Positions 27,114-45,004 of a stretch of 64,000 bases of DNA are shown here, in pieces. How positions within the stretch are numbered: the first letter of the stretch is position 1; each line of letters opens with the position of its first letter. Both the position numbers and the translations under genes were made by a program. The notes below the pieces were generated by a model, which did not search any database, was not told the DNA's origin, and worked only from the letters and a program-made list of their open reading frames with translations. The DNA is from Escherichia coli. GTDB lineage: Bacteria; Pseudomonadota; Gammaproteobacteria; Enterobacterales; Enterobacteriaceae. The stretch is from NCBI RefSeq assembly GCF_050920415.1, contig NZ_CP169309.1; one strand, 5' to 3'.

Positions 27114-29042
27114 ATGCCTGTTATAACTCTTCCTGATGGCAGCCAACGCCATTACGACCACGCTGTAAGCCCCATGGATGTTGCGCTGGACATTGGTCCA
27201 GGTCTGGCGAAAGCCTGTATCGCAGGGCGCGTTAATGGTGAACTGGTTGATGCTTGCGATCTGATTGAAAACGACGCACAACTGTCGATCATTACCGCCA
27301 AAGACGAAGAAGGTCTGGAGATCATTCGTCACTCCTGTGCGCACCTGTTAGGGCACGCGATTAAACAACTTTGGCCGCATACCAAAATGGCAATCGGCCC
27401 GGTTATTGACAACGGTTTTTATTACGACGTTGATCTTGACCGCACGTTAACCCAGGAAGATGTCGAAGCACTCGAGAAGCGGATGCATGAGCTTGCTGAG
27501 AAAAACTACGACGTCATTAAAAAGAAAGTCAGCTGGCATGAAGCGCGTGAAACTTTCGCCAACCGTGGGGAGAGCTACAAAGTCTCCATTCTTGACGAAA
27601 ACATCGCCCATGATGACAAGCCAGGTCTGTACTTCCATGAAGAATATGTCGACATGTGCCGCGGTCCGCACGTACCGAACATGCGTTTCTGCCATCATTT
27701 CAAACTGATGAAAACGGCAGGGGCTTACTGGCGTGGCGACAGCAACAACAAAATGTTGCAACGTATTTACGGTACGGCGTGGGCAGACAAAAAAGCGCTA
27801 AACGCTTACCTGCAGCGTCTGGAAGAAGCCGCGAAACGCGACCACCGTAAAATTGGTAAACAGCTCGACCTGTACCATATGCAGGAAGAAGCGCCGGGTA
27901 TGGTCTTCTGGCACAACGACGGTTGGACCATCTTCCGTGAACTGGAAGTGTTTGTTCGTTCTAAACTGAAAGAGTACCAGTATCAGGAAGTTAAAGGTCC
28001 GTTCATGATGGACCGTGTTCTGTGGGAAAAAACCGGTCACTGGGACAACTACAAAGATGCAATGTTCACCACGTCTTCTGAGAACCGTGAATACTGCATT
28101 AAGCCGATGAACTGCCCGGGTCACGTACAAATTTTCAATCAGGGGCTGAAGTCTTATCGCGATCTGCCGCTGCGTATGGCCGAGTTTGGTAGCTGCCACC
28201 GTAACGAGCCGTCAGGTTCGCTGCATGGCCTGATGCGTGTACGTGGTTTTACCCAGGATGACGCGCATATCTTCTGTACTGAAGAACAAATTCGCGATGA
28301 AGTTAACGGATGTATCCGTTTAGTCTATGATATGTACAGCACTTTTGGCTTCGAGAAGATCGTCGTCAAACTCTCCACTCGTCCTGAAAAACGTATTGGC
28401 AGCGACGAAATGTGGGATCGTGCTGAGGCGGACCTGGCAGTTGCGCTGGAAGAAAACAACATCCCGTTTGAATATCAACTGGGTGAAGGCGCTTTCTACG
28501 GTCCGAAAATTGAATTTACCCTGTATGACTGCCTCGATCGTGCATGGCAGTGCGGTACAGTACAGCTGGACTTCTCCTTGCCGTCTCGTCTGAGCGCCTC
28601 CTATGTGGGTGAAGACAACGAGCGTAAGGTACCGGTAATGATTCACCGCGCAATTCTGGGGTCGATGGAACGTTTCATCGGTATCCTGACCGAAGAATTC
28701 GCTGGTTTCTTCCCGATCTGGCTTGCGCCGGTTCAGGTTGTTATCATGAATATTACCGATTCACAGTCTGAATACGTTAACGAATTGACGCAAAAACTAT
28801 CAAATGCGGGCATTCGTGTTAAAGCAGACTTGAGAAATGAGAAGATTGGCTTTAAAATCCGCGAGCACACTTTGCGTCGCGTCCCATATATGCTGGTCTG
28901 TGGTGATAAAGAGGTGGAATCAGGCAAAGTTGCCGTTCGCACCCGCCGTGGTAAAGACCTGGGAAGCATGGACGTAAATGAAGTGATCGAGAAGCTGCAA
29001 CAAGAGATTCGCAGCCGCAGTCTTAAACAATTGGAGGAATAA
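27114..29042 (+). CDS. thrS: threonyl-tRNA synthetase
   Basis: 642-aa ORF; N-terminal TGS domain, class II aaRS motifs (e.g. [12 protein letters not shown]), zinc-site residues. Confidence 0.97.
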
Positions 29043-29588
<546 letters not shown>

Positions 29589-29660
29589 GGCCTTCAAGTA
29601 GCACTGTCTGTGGAGCCTTTGGGCTTCACAGGCATTGTTCGCCTTTGTTTCGTTTATTAA

Positions 29661-29882
<222 letters not shown>

Positions 29883-29908
29883 GCCGTTAACGTTTTTTAA
29901 CTTTTTAA

Positions 29909-30292
<384 letters not shown>

Positions 30293-30301
30293 GCCAGTTG
30301 A

Positions 30302-30331
30302 AAGAGGGAGCTAGTCTCCCTCTTTTCGTTT
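30302..30331 (+). terminator. rho-independent terminator after rplT
   Basis: aagagggag ctagt ctccctctt hairpin followed by ttttcgttt. Confidence 0.8.
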
Positions 30332-30414
30332 CAACGCCATCAAAACATTGACTTTTATCGCCGTAGCCTTTTCAATAAAGGTCTTTTGAAAAGTACCAAA
30401 AGGTAACGCAAGCA

Positions 30415-30459
30415 ATGAATGCTGCTATTTTCCGCTTCTTTTTTTACTTTAGCACCTGA
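30415..30459 (+). CDS. pheM: pheST operon leader peptide (14 aa, Phe-rich)
   Basis: atg aat gct gct att ttc cgc ttc ttt ttt tac ttt agc acc tga = [14 protein letters not shown] with 5 Phe codons; below the ORF-track size cutoff. Confidence 0.9.
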
Positions 30460-30506
30460 CTCCAGGAGGCTAGCGCGTGAGAAGAGAAACGGAAAACAGC
30501 GCCTGA

Positions 30507-30532
30507 AAGCCTCCCTGTGGAGGCTTTTTTTG
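30507..30532 (+). terminator. pheST attenuator terminator
   Basis: aaagcctcc ctgt ggaggcttttttt: GC hairpin plus T-run about 50 nt after pheM stop. Confidence 0.85.
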
Positions 30533-30700
30533 TATGCGCGTTTTGAAAAATAAAAAGCCTGTCTCATCAGGCGTAATTGTCGCAGCCAGTCTGGGCACGG
30601 CCAGCGCGGAGAAACCGGAGCGTACTTAAGTACGTGAGGATTTCGAGCACTGCCCGGGACCAAAATGGCAAGTAAAATAGCCTGATGGGATAGGCTCTAA

Positions 30701-31726
<1,026 letters not shown>

Positions 31727-31737
31727 GGCAGGAATAG

Positions 31738-34128
<2,391 letters not shown>

Positions 34129-34132
34129 ACCT

Positions 34133-34432
34133 ATGGCGCTTACAAAAGCTGAAATGTCAGAATATCTGTTTGATAAGCTTGGGCTTAGCAAGCGGGATGC
34201 CAAAGAACTGGTTGAACTGTTTTTCGAAGAGATCCGTCGAGCTCTGGAAAACGGCGAACAGGTGAAACTCTCTGGTTTTGGTAACTTCGATCTGCGTGAT
34301 AAGAATCAACGCCCGGGACGTAACCCGAAAACGGGCGAGGATATTCCCATTACAGCACGGCGCGTGGTGACCTTCAGACCCGGGCAGAAGTTAAAAAGCC
34401 GGGTCGAAAACGCTTCGCCCAAAGACGAGTAA
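34133..34432 (+). CDS. ihfA: integration host factor alpha subunit
   Basis: 99-aa HU/IHF-family [76 protein letters not shown]... Confidence 0.97.
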
Positions 34433-34445
34433 TCTGATCTAACTA

Positions 34446-34475
34446 AAAAGGCCGCTCTGCGGCCTTTTTTCTTTT
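34446..34475 (+). terminator. rho-independent terminator after ihfA
   Basis: aaaaaggccgc tct gcggccttttttctttt. Confidence 0.85.
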
Positions 34476-34532
34476 CACTGTCGAAGAGTCACCGTAAAAT
34501 CAACGCCATGACACTTCAGCAGAACGGATACC

Positions 34533-35513
34533 ATGCTGACACTTGCCCGCCAACAACAGCGACAAAATATTCGCTGGTTATTATGCCTGTCAGTTTTGAT
34601 GCTGCTGGCGCTTCTCTTAAGCCTTTGCGCCGGTGAACAATGGATTTCGCCAGGTGACTGGTTTACTCCTCGTGGCGAACTGTTCGTCTGGCAAATTCGC
34701 CTGCCACGTACGCTGGCTGTATTGCTGGTTGGTGCGGCGCTGGCTATATCCGGCGCTGTAATGCAGGCATTGTTTGAAAATCCTCTGGCAGAACCTGGAC
34801 TACTTGGCGTCTCTAACGGCGCAGGCGTAGGGCTTATCGCCGCGGTATTGCTTGGGCAAGGGCAACTCCCAAACTGGGCACTAGGGCTGTGTGCGATTGC
34901 TGGCGCGCTTATCATCACTTTAATACTCTTACGTTTTGCCCGTCGTCATCTTTCGACCAGTCGGTTATTGCTGGCTGGTGTTGCATTAGGGATTATCTGT
35001 AGCGCACTAATGACGTGGGCTATCTATTTTTCCACCTCTATTGATTTACGTCAGCTGATGTACTGGATGATGGGCGGTTTTGGCGGCGTAGACTGGCGGC
35101 AAAGTTGGCTGATGCTGGCATTGATCCCCGTGTTGTTGTGGATCTGTTGTCAGTCCAGACCGATGAATATGTTAGCACTTGGCGAGATCTCGGCGCGGCA
35201 ACTTGGTTTACCCCTGTGGTTCTGGCGCAATGTGCTGGTGGCAGCGACCGGCTGGATGGTTGGCGTCAGTGTGGCGTTGGCGGGTGCTATCGGCTTTATT
35301 GGTCTGGTGATCCCACATATTCTCCGGTTATGTGGTTTGACCGATCATCGCGTATTACTTCCCGGCTGCGCGCTGGCAGGGGCGAGCGCATTACTGCTGG
35401 CCGATGTTGTAGCGCGCCTGGCATTAGCTGCCGCAGAGCTGCCTATTGGCGTGGTCACCGCAACGTTGGGTGCGCCGGTGTTTATCTGGTTATTGTTAAA
35501 AGCAGGACGTTAG
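34533..35513 (+). CDS. btuC: vitamin B12 ABC transporter permease
   Basis: 326-aa polytopic membrane ORF (FecCD-family), first of btuCED. Confidence 0.93.
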   Translation: MLTLARQQQRQNIRWLLCLSVLMLLALLLSLCAGEQWISPGDWFTPRGELFVWQIRLPRTLAVLLVGAALAISGAVMQALFENPLAEPGLLGVSNGAGVGLIAAVLLGQGQLPNWALGLCAIAGALIITLILLRFARRHLSTSRLLLAGVALGIICSALMTWAIYFSTSIDLRQLMYWMMGGFGGVDWRQSWLMLALIPVLLWICCQSRPMNMLALGEISARQLGLPLWFWRNVLVAATGWMVGVSVALAGAIGFIGLVIPHILRLCGLTDHRVLLPGCALAGASALLLADVVARLALAAAELPIGVVTATLGAPVFIWLLLKAGR

Positions 35514-35573
35514 CCGCAAAAAGACGGTCTATGATTAAAAGCTAAGATTTTTACTGACCACCCAGGAGAAACG

Positions 35574-36125
35574 ATGCAAGATTCCATTCTGACGACCGTA
35601 GTGAAAGATATCGACGGTGAAGTGACCACGCTGGAGAAGTACGCCGGTAATGTGCTGTTGATTGTCAATGTCGCCTCAAAGTGTGGCTTAACGCCGCAAT
35701 ATGAGCAGTTGGAGAATATTCAGAAAGCCTGGGCCGATCGTGGTTTTGTGGTGTTGGGATTCCCGTGCAACCAGTTTCTGGAGCAAGAACCGGGCAGCGA
35801 TGAAGAGATTAAAACTTACTGCACCACTACATGGGGGGTGACGTTCCCGATGTTCAGTAAGATTGAAGTTAATGGCGAAGGACGCCATCCGCTGTATCAA
35901 AAATTGATTGCCGCAGCGCCGACGGCAGTCGCGCCGGAAGAGAGCGGATTCTATGCCCGTATGGTCAGCAAAGGTCGTGCACCGCTGTACCCTGATGATA
36001 TTTTATGGAATTTTGAGAAATTTTTAGTTGGCAGGGACGGATTGGTCATCCAGCGTTTTTCCCCGGATATGACGCCGGAAGATCCCATTGTGATGGAAAG
36101 CATTAAACTGGCGTTGGCGAAATAA
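35574..36125 (+). CDS. btuE: glutathione-peroxidase homolog BtuE
   Basis: 183-aa ORF with GPx motifs ([17 protein letters not shown]). Confidence 0.93.
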
Positions 36126-36874
36126 TGTCTATTGTGATGCAGCTACAGGATGTTGCGGAATCAACCCGCCTTGGGCCGCTTTCTGGCGAGGTTCGGGCTG
36201 GGGAGATCCTGCATCTGGTGGGGCCGAATGGCGCGGGTAAGAGTACCTTACTGGCGCGAATGGCCGGAATGACCAGCGGTAAGGGAAGCATTCAGTTCGC
36301 GGGGCAACCACTGGAAGCATGGTCCGCAACAAAACTCGCGCTGCATCGCGCCTATCTTTCACAACAACAGACGCCACCGTTTGCAATGCCGGTCTGGCAC
36401 TACCTGACACTGCATCAGCACGATAAAACGCGTACCGAACTACTGAATGATGTCGCAGGGGCGCTGGCTCTTGATGACAAACTCGGACGTAGCACCAATC
36501 AACTTTCCGGCGGCGAATGGCAACGCGTACGTCTTGCTGCGGTGGTGCTGCAAATCACACCACAAGCCAATCCCGCAGGTCAATTGCTGCTTCTTGATGA
36601 GCCTATGAACAGTCTTGACGTTGCGCAACAAAGTGCGTTAGACAAAATTCTGAGCGCGCTGTGTCAGCAAGGACTGGCGATTGTGATGAGCAGTCACGAT
36701 CTCAACCACACCTTGCGTCATGCGCATCGGGCGTGGTTGCTAAAAGGTGGAAAAATGCTGGCCAGTGGACGCAGAGAAGAGGTGCTCACGCCGCCAAATC
36801 TGGCGCAGGCCTATGGGATGAATTTTCGCCGTCTGGATATCGAAGGTCACAGAATGCTGATTTCGACCATCTGA
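36125..36874 (+). CDS. btuD: vitamin B12 ABC transporter ATP-binding protein
   Basis: 249-aa ORF with Walker A (GPNGAGKST), ABC signature (LSGGEWQRV), Walker B (LLLLDEP); 1-nt overlap with btuE stop. Confidence 0.95.
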
Positions 36875-36951
36875 ATTCATGAGTATCTTGAAAATCGGGT
36901 AATTACGACGCTAAATTAATGCAAGAATAAAAAACAGAGGAACCGTACGGA

Positions 36952-37416
36952 ATGCGTTTCTGCCTTATTTTGATCACAGCACTGTTTCTGGCCGGGTGCA
37001 GCCATCATAAAGCTCCGCCGCCAAATGCCAGACTTTCTGACTCGATTACCGTTATTGCCGGGTTGAACGACCAGCTACAAAGCTGGCATGGCACACCGTA
37101 TCGTTATGGTGGTATGACGCGCCGCGGTGTGGACTGTTCGGGGTTTGTGGTTGTGACGATGCGCGATCGTTTCGATTTGCAGCTGCCCCGTGAAACCAAA
37201 CAACAAGCCTCTATCGGCACGCAAATTGATAAAGACGAGTTGCTGCCTGGTGACCTGGTCTTTTTCAAAACGGGTTCTGGACAAAATGGTTTGCATGTAG
37301 GTATTTACGATACCAACAACCAATTTATCCACGCCTCTACCAGCAAGGGAGTGATGCGTTCCTCTCTTGATAATGTCTATTGGCAGAAAAATTTCTGGCA
37401 GGCGAGACGAATCTAG
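36952..37416 (+). CDS. nlpC: NlpC/P60-family lipoprotein peptidase
   Basis: 154-aa ORF with lipobox (LFLAGCSH) and NlpC/P60 catalytic Cys region (GVDCSGFVV). Confidence 0.92.
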   Translation: MRFCLILITALFLAGCSHHKAPPPNARLSDSITVIAGLNDQLQSWHGTPYRYGGMTRRGVDCSGFVVVTMRDRFDLQLPRETKQQASIGTQIDKDELLPGDLVFFKTGSGQNGLHVGIYDTNNQFIHASTSKGVMRSSLDNVYWQKNFWQARRI

Positions 37417-37427
37417 TATGTCGAAAA

Positions 37428-37460
37428 ATGGACGGCGATGATACATCGCCGTCCATTTAC
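37428..37460 (+). terminator. hairpin terminator candidate after nlpC
   Basis: Perfect 13-bp inverted repeat atggacggcgatg ata catcgccgtccat beginning 12 nt after nlpC stop; weak T tract. Confidence 0.6.
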
Positions 37461-37662
37461 TCCTGAATACAGTAGTATTTTGCAGACAAAAATTCCGTAA
37501 ATGGATTATTCGTTTATAATCAGGATAATCTAAAAAAAGGACCCCTGAAAAAGTGGTTAACATGGAACAAATGAAAGTTACTCCTTCTGTAATTGTTATG
37601 TCTTATGGCCTCATCCCTTTTAGCCGGATACTGAAAAACATCCTTCGAGAGGGACGGTTACC

Positions 37663-38376
37663 ATGAAGATTTTTTTGGAGAATCTTTATCATTCTGATTG
37701 CTATTTCCTGCCGATAAGAGATAACCAGCAAAACCTTGTCGGCGTTGAGTTAATTACCCATTTCTCCAGTGAAGATGGTACGGTTCGTATACCGACGAGT
37801 CGGGTTATAGCGCAACTTACCGAGGAGCAACATTGGCAATTATTTTCTGAGCAGTTGGAATTGCTAAAATCATGCCAACACTTTTTTATTCAACATAAAC
37901 TCTTTGCCTGGCTTAATTTAACCCCACAAGTGGCTACTTTATTATTAGACAGGGATAATTACGCGGGCGAACTATTAAAATATCCGTTTATTGAACTGTT
38001 GATTAATGAGAATTACCCGCATCTCGATGAAGGAAAAGATAATCGCGATCTTTTGTCCTTATCGCAAATGTATCCCCTTGTGTTAGGTAATTTGGGCGCA
38101 GGCAATAGCACAATGAAAGCGGTTTTTGATGGTCTTTTCACCCGCGTCATGCTGGATAAAAGTTTTATTCAGCAACAAATCACGCATCGCTCCTTCGAAC
38201 CGTTTATTCGTGCGATCCAGGCGCAAATTTCCCCATGTTGCAATTGCATCATCGCGGGGGGCATTGATACGCCAGAAATAATGGCACAGATTACCCCCTT
38301 TGATTTCCATGCTCTCCAGGGATGCCTGTGGCCTGCCGTTCCTGTAAATCAGATAACGACGTTGGTTCAGCGATAA
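37663..38376 (+). CDS. ydiV: degenerate EAL-domain protein, anti-FlhD4C2 factor
   Basis: 237-aa ORF; position and EAL-like fold features as in K-12 ydiV. Confidence 0.85.
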   Translation: MKIFLENLYHSDCYFLPIRDNQQNLVGVELITHFSSEDGTVRIPTSRVIAQLTEEQHWQLFSEQLELLKSCQHFFIQHKLFAWLNLTPQVATLLLDRDNYAGELLKYPFIELLINENYPHLDEGKDNRDLLSLSQMYPLVLGNLGAGNSTMKAVFDGLFTRVMLDKSFIQQQITHRSFEPFIRAIQAQISPCCNCIIAGGIDTPEIMAQITPFDFHALQGCLWPAVPVNQITTLVQR

Positions 38377-38399
38377 CCCTCCTGTTTGCTGGTGTTTAA

Positions 38400-39875
<1,476 letters not shown>

Positions 39876-39878
39876 AGG

Positions 39879-40067
39879 CTACTTGGTCAACAGCAGCTTG
39901 CCAGCCTGAGTTTTACGGAGCAGATATTCTTGCCCGTCATGATCGATAATCAGTTTGCCATCCGGACCTAACAGTGTCTGGCTGGTAATTCGCCGAATGG
40001 GCTGCGGGGAGGCGGTCTTGTGATTGGCATCCGTTTCAGGCGTGAGTTTTCTGCTATCCGTATAACG
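39879..40067 (-). CDS. ydiE: HemP-like small protein YdiE
   Basis: Tracked ORF 39879-40097; 63-aa form [21 protein letters not shown]... from internal Met at 40067; an AT-rich Fur-box-like tract lies upstream (about 40100-40130). Confidence 0.7.
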   Translation of the reverse strand, partial: RYTDSRKLTPETDANHKTASPQPIRRITSQTLLGPDGKLIIDHDGQEYLLRKTQAGKLLLTK

Positions 40068-40173
40068 CATAAAAATTAATAATAATTGATATAACAATGA
40101 TTCTTATTATCAATATTCTGGCGGGCCAGAGCAAGCAGTAATTTGTTGAGAAGACAACAAGTTGCGCAGAAAT

Positions 40174-40195
40174 GCCCATTCCGTCAGGAATGGGC
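40174..40195 (-). terminator. hairpin terminator candidate after aroH
   Basis: gcccattcc gtca ggaatgggc, 7 nt after aroH stop; on minus strand followed by atttctg. Confidence 0.6.
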
Positions 40196-40201
40196 ACGCA
40201 T

Positions 40202-41248
40202 TCAGAAGCGGGTATCAACCGCAGAGGCGAGTTTTTCGACCAGGCGTTCGGTATCTTCCCAGCCCAGACACGGGTCGGTAATCGATTGACCGTAAGTGAG
40301 CGGCTGACCGCCGACGATTTTTTGCGTTCCTTCGCGCAGGAAACTTTCCGCCATAATTCCAGCAATCGCCGTAGAGCCATTGCGGATTTGCTGACAAATA
40401 TCCTCACAAACTTCTAACTGGCGACGATGCTGCTTCTGGCAGTTGCCGTGGCTGAAATCCACCACCAGATGTTCAGGTAAATCAAACTCGTGCAACGTAT
40501 CGCAGGCAGCGGCGATATCATCCGCATGGTAATTCGGCTTTTTGCCGCCACGCATAATAATGTGGCCATACGGATTGCCGCTGGTCTGATAGATGGTCAT
40601 CTGACCATTTTTGTCTGGCGAGAGGAACATATGGCTGGCGCGGGCTGCGCGGATAGCATCCACGGCAATCCGCGTGTTGCCATCGGTACCATTTTTGAAA
40701 CCTACCGGACAGGAGAGTGCCGAAGCCATTTCACGGTGGATCTGACTTTCGGTAGTACGTGCGCCAATCGCGCCCCAACTGATTAAATCAGCAATAAACT
40801 GACCGGTCACCATATCGAGAAACTCAGTCGCGGTAGGGACGCCCAGCTCATTGACCTGTAAAAGTAATTTGCGCGCCAGCTCCAGACCGTGATTTACCCG
40901 ATAGCTGCCGTTTAAATCCGGGTCGGAGATTAGCCCTTTCCAGCCGACTACAGTTCGTGGTTTTTCAAAATAGGTGCGCATTACGATTTCCAGCCGTGAC
41001 TGGTACTGATTGCGCAGTGACTGCAGGCGGGTGGCGTACTCCATTGCAGCGGTGAGATCGTGGATCGAGCAGGGGCCAATAATGACCAACAGTCGCTTGT
41101 CTTCACCATTCAGTATTTTTTCAATTCTGCGACGGGAGTCGGTGACATGGGTGGCGACGCCAGGCGTTACGGGATACCGTAGCGCGAGTTCGGCGGGCGT
41201 TACCAGGCTCTCAATACGCGCAGTACGGAGTTCGTCAGTTCTGTTCAT
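40202..41248 (-). CDS. aroH: DAHP synthase, Trp-sensitive
   Basis: 348-aa class I DAHP synthase ORF (MNRTDELRTARIESLVTPAEL...; KPRT, GxRT motifs). Confidence 0.95.
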   Translation of the reverse strand: MNRTDELRTARIESLVTPAELALRYPVTPGVATHVTDSRRRIEKILNGEDKRLLVIIGPCSIHDLTAAMEYATRLQSLRNQYQSRLEIVMRTYFEKPRTVVGWKGLISDPDLNGSYRVNHGLELARKLLLQVNELGVPTATEFLDMVTGQFIADLISWGAIGARTTESQIHREMASALSCPVGFKNGTDGNTRIAVDAIRAARASHMFLSPDKNGQMTIYQTSGNPYGHIIMRGGKKPNYHADDIAAACDTLHEFDLPEHLVVDFSHGNCQKQHRRQLEVCEDICQQIRNGSTAIAGIMAESFLREGTQKIVGGQPLTYGQSITDPCLGWEDTERLVEKLASAVDTRF

Positions 41249-41391
41249 TACAAGTCTCAGAAATTTGTTGCTTCTACGGCAGGACTACCGGGAAGTGATG
41301 CGCATCACGATAAACCAATCGCAGCTGATTTCAAGTGCGAGGTGTGTCACACCTCGCCGGGTGGTTAGCATGATAACAAAAAAACAAGTTA

Positions 41392-41413
41392 ATGCACTAG
41401 TTCTCTAGTACAT
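41392..41413 (-). promoter_or_regulatory. TrpR operator of aroH
   Basis: Minus-strand ATGTACTAGAGAACTAGTGCAT contains the trp-repressor half-sites ACTAG...CTAGT; overlaps the last codons and stop of ppsR. Confidence 0.75.
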
Positions 41414-42238
41414 TCGACGGCTAAGGCCCATGATATCAAGGATCTTGGTGGCAATCTCTTCTACCGAATAATTGGTACTGTTAATCCACGGGATCTGATT
41501 TTTACGGTACAACGCTTCCACTTCCGCGACTTCCATCCTGCACTGACGAAGCGAGGCATAGCGACTGTTCTCCCGACGTTCCTCGCGAATCGCTGCCAGA
41601 CGTTCCGGGTCGATAGTCAGGCCGAACAATTTATGCTGAAGCGGTTTGAGCGACGCGGGTAGCACCAGATTATCCATATCGTCGGCAATAAAGGGGTAGT
41701 TTGCCGCGCGGATACCAAATTGCATTGCCAGATACAGACTGGTGGGGGTTTTACCACAGCGAGAAACGCCGAGCAGGATCACCTGAGCCTGGTCCAGATT
41801 GCGCAACGAAATGCCGTCGTCATGGGCAAGGGTGTAATCAATCGCCGCAATGCGCGCATCGTATTTATTGAGATTATTAGGGTTAAGGCCATGGGTACGA
41901 TGAGCAATCGGCGTTGGATCCAGTTTCATCTCTTGTTGTAGCGGGGCAACCAGCGCCTGAACGATATCCTGGCAAAAGCCTTCACTTTGCAAGATGATGG
42001 CGCGAATCTCCGGCAACACGATGGAGTAGAAGACCAGTGGGCGCACACCTGTCTGGTGATAAATTGCGTCAATCTGATCCTTCACTGCCCGTGCACGGCT
42101 CTCATTTTCGACAAACGGCAGCGTAATGCTGCTGATAGTGACGGGAAATTGTGACATTACTGCGTGTCCTAATACCTCCGCAGTTATTGCCGTACCATCA
42201 GAAATATAAAAAACGTGGCGATCAACAGCATTATCCAT
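41405..42238 (-). CDS. ppsR: PEP synthase regulatory protein (bifunctional kinase/pyrophosphorylase)
   Basis: 277-aa ORF with P-loop (GVSRCGKT); divergent from ppsA. Confidence 0.93.
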
Positions 42239-42467
42239 TTTGTTCTTCCCGTAATGCAGACATAATTCTATGAAAGCATAAATTAAAAACGCACAGAAGC
42301 GTAGAACGTTATGTCTGGTTTATAAAATGAACCTTCAATTTTATTTTTATGAAAACAGCATTTCATTTTTACGGTTTCGTTTATACCGATGGTTTATGTG
42401 GAAATTGTCGAAGAGAGCAGATTTGCGCAACGCTGGGATCAGTCTTAAAAAGTAAAAAAATATATTT

Positions 42468-42483
42468 GCTTGAACGATTCACC
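42468..42483 (+). promoter_or_regulatory. Cra (FruR)-box-like site in ppsA promoter
   Basis: gcTTGAACGATTCAcc resembles the Cra consensus TGAAAC|GTTTCA; about 90 nt upstream of ppsA ATG in an AT-rich divergent promoter region. Confidence 0.55.
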
Positions 42484-42569
42484 GTTTTTTTCATCCGGTT
42501 AAATATGCAAAGATAAATGCGCAGAAATGTGTTTCTCAAACCGTTCATTTATCACAAAAGGATTGTTCG

Positions 42570-44948
42570 ATGTCCAACAATGGCTCGTCACCGCTGGTGC
42601 TTTGGTATAACCAACTCGGCATGAATGATGTAGACAGGGTTGGGGGCAAAAATGCCTCCCTGGGTGAAATGATTACTAACCTTTCCGGAATGGGTGTTTC
42701 CGTTCCGAATGGTTTCGCCACAACCGCCGACGCGTTTAACCAGTTTCTGGACCAAAGCGGCGTAAACCAGCGCATTTATGAACTGCTGGATAAAACGGAT
42801 ATTGACGATGTTACCCAGCTTGCGAAAGCGGGCGCGCAAATCCGCCAGTGGATTATCGACACTCCCTTCCAGCCTGAGCTGGAAAACGCCATCCGCGAAG
42901 CCTATGCACAGCTTTCCGCCGATGACGAAAACGCCTCTTTTGCGGTGCGTTCCTCCGCTACTGCAGAAGATATGCCGGACGCTTCCTTTGCCGGTCAGCA
43001 GGAAACTTTCCTCAACGTTCAGGGGTTTGACGCCGTTCTCGTGGCAGTGAAACATGTATTTGCTTCTCTGTTTAACGATCGCGCCATCTCTTATCGTGTG
43101 CACCAGGGTTACGATCACCGTGGCGTGGCGCTCTCCGCCGGTGTTCAGCGGATGGTGCGCTCCGACCTCGCATCTTCTGGCGTGATGTTCTCCATTGATA
43201 CCGAATCCGGCTTTGACCAGGTGGTGTTTATCACTTCCGCATGGGGCCTTGGTGAAATGGTCGTGCAGGGTGCGGTTAACCCGGATGAGTTTTACGTGCA
43301 CAAACCGACACTGGCGGCGAATCGCCCGGCTATCGTGCGCCGCACCATGGGGTCAAAAAAAATCCGCATGGTTTACGCGCCGACCCAGGAGCACGGCAAG
43401 CAGGTTAAAATCGAAGACGTACCGCAGGAACAGCGTGACATCTTCTCGCTGACCAACGAAGAAGTGCAGGAACTGGCAAAACAGGCCGTACAAATTGAGA
43501 AACACTACGGTCGCCCAATGGATATTGAGTGGGCGAAAGATGGCCACACCGGCAAACTGTTCATTGTGCAGGCGCGTCCGGAAACCGTGCGCTCACGCGG
43601 TCAGGTCATGGAGCGTTATACGTTGCATTCACAGGGTAAGATTATCGCCGAAGGCCGTGCTATCGGTCATCGCATCGGCGCGGGTCCGGTGAAAGTCATC
43701 CATGACATCAGCGAAATGAACCGCATCGAACCTGGTGATGTGCTGGTTACTGACATGACCGACCCGGATTGGGAACCGATCATGAAGAAAGCATCGGCCA
43801 TCGTCACCAACCGTGGCGGTCGTACCTGTCACGCGGCGATTATCGCTCGTGAACTGGGCATTCCGGCGGTAGTGGGCTGTGGTGATGCAACAGAACGGAT
43901 GAAAGACGGTGAGAACGTCACTGTTTCTTGTGCAGAGGGTGATACCGGTTACGTCTATGCTGAGTTGCTGGAATTTAGCGTGAAAAGCTCCAGCGTAGAA
44001 ACGATGCCGGATCTGCCGTTGAAAGTGATGATGAACGTCGGTAACCCGGACCGTGCTTTCGATTTCGCCTGCCTGCCGAACGAAGGCGTGGGCCTTGCGC
44101 GTCTGGAATTTATCATCAACCGTATGATTGGCGTCCACCCACGCGCACTGCTTGAGTTTGACGATCAGGAACCGCAGTTGCAAAACGAAATCCGCGAGAT
44201 GATGAAAGGTTTTGATTCTCCGCGTGAGTTTTACGTTGGTCGTCTGACTGAAGGGATCGCGACGTTGGGTGCTGCGTTTTATCCGAAGCGTGTCATTGTC
44301 CGTCTCTCTGATTTTAAATCGAACGAATACGCCAACCTGGTCGGTGGTGAACGTTACGAGCCAGATGAAGAGAACCCAATGCTCGGCTTCCGTGGCGCGG
44401 GACGTTATGTTTCCGACAGCTTCCGCGACTGCTTCGCACTGGAGTGTGAAGCGGTGAAACGTGTGCGCAACGACATGGGACTGACCAACGTTGAGATCAT
44501 GATCCCGTTCGTGCGTACCGTAGATCAGGCGAAAGCGGTGGTTGAAGAACTGGCGCGCCAGGGGCTGAAACGTGGTGAAAACGGGCTGAAGATCATCATG
44601 ATGTGTGAAATTCCGTCCAACGCCTTACTGGCAGAGCAGTTTCTCGAATATTTCGACGGCTTCTCAATTGGCTCAAACGATATGACGCAGCTTGCGCTTG
44701 GTCTGGACCGAGACTCCGGCGTGGTGTCTGAACTGTTCGATGAGCGCAACGATGCAGTGAAAGCACTGCTGTCGATGGCGATTCGTGCCGCGAAGAAGCA
44801 GGGCAAATATGTCGGGATTTGCGGTCAGGGTCCGTCCGACCATGAAGACTTTGCCGCCTGGCTGATGGAAGAGGGGATCGATAGCTTGTCCCTGAACCCG
44901 GACACTGTGGTACAAACCTGGTTAAGCCTGGCTGAACTGAAGAAATAA
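42570..44948 (+). CDS. ppsA: phosphoenolpyruvate synthase
   Basis: 792-aa ORF with PEP-utilising-enzyme phosphohistidine region ([24 protein letters not shown]). Confidence 0.97.
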   Translation: MSNNGSSPLVLWYNQLGMNDVDRVGGKNASLGEMITNLSGMGVSVPNGFATTADAFNQFLDQSGVNQRIYELLDKTDIDDVTQLAKAGAQIRQWIIDTPFQPELENAIREAYAQLSADDENASFAVRSSATAEDMPDASFAGQQETFLNVQGFDAVLVAVKHVFASLFNDRAISYRVHQGYDHRGVALSAGVQRMVRSDLASSGVMFSIDTESGFDQVVFITSAWGLGEMVVQGAVNPDEFYVHKPTLAANRPAIVRRTMGSKKIRMVYAPTQEHGKQVKIEDVPQEQRDIFSLTNEEVQELAKQAVQIEKHYGRPMDIEWAKDGHTGKLFIVQARPETVRSRGQVMERYTLHSQGKIIAEGRAIGHRIGAGPVKVIHDISEMNRIEPGDVLVTDMTDPDWEPIMKKASAIVTNRGGRTCHAAIIARELGIPAVVGCGDATERMKDGENVTVSCAEGDTGYVYAELLEFSVKSSSVETMPDLPLKVMMNVGNPDRAFDFACLPNEGVGLARLEFIINRMIGVHPRALLEFDDQEPQLQNEIREMMKGFDSPREFYVGRLTEGIATLGAAFYPKRVIVRLSDFKSNEYANLVGGERYEPDEENPMLGFRGAGRYVSDSFRDCFALECEAVKRVRNDMGLTNVEIMIPFVRTVDQAKAVVEELARQGLKRGENGLKIIMMCEIPSNALLAEQFLEYFDGFSIGSNDMTQLALGLDRDSGVVSELFDERNDAVKALLSMAIRAAKKQGKYVGICGQGPSDHEDFAAWLMEEGIDSLSLNPDTVVQTWLSLAELKK

Positions 44949-44956
44949 AATAAATA

Positions 44957-44982
44957 CCCGGCGGCGTTTTGTCGCCGGGTTT
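44957..44982. terminator. hairpin between convergent ppsA and fadK
   Basis: cccggcg gcgttttgt cgccggg; T/A-rich flanks on both sides. Confidence 0.6.
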
Positions 44983-45004
44983 ACGTGATCCCCGAGTATG
45001 AAAC

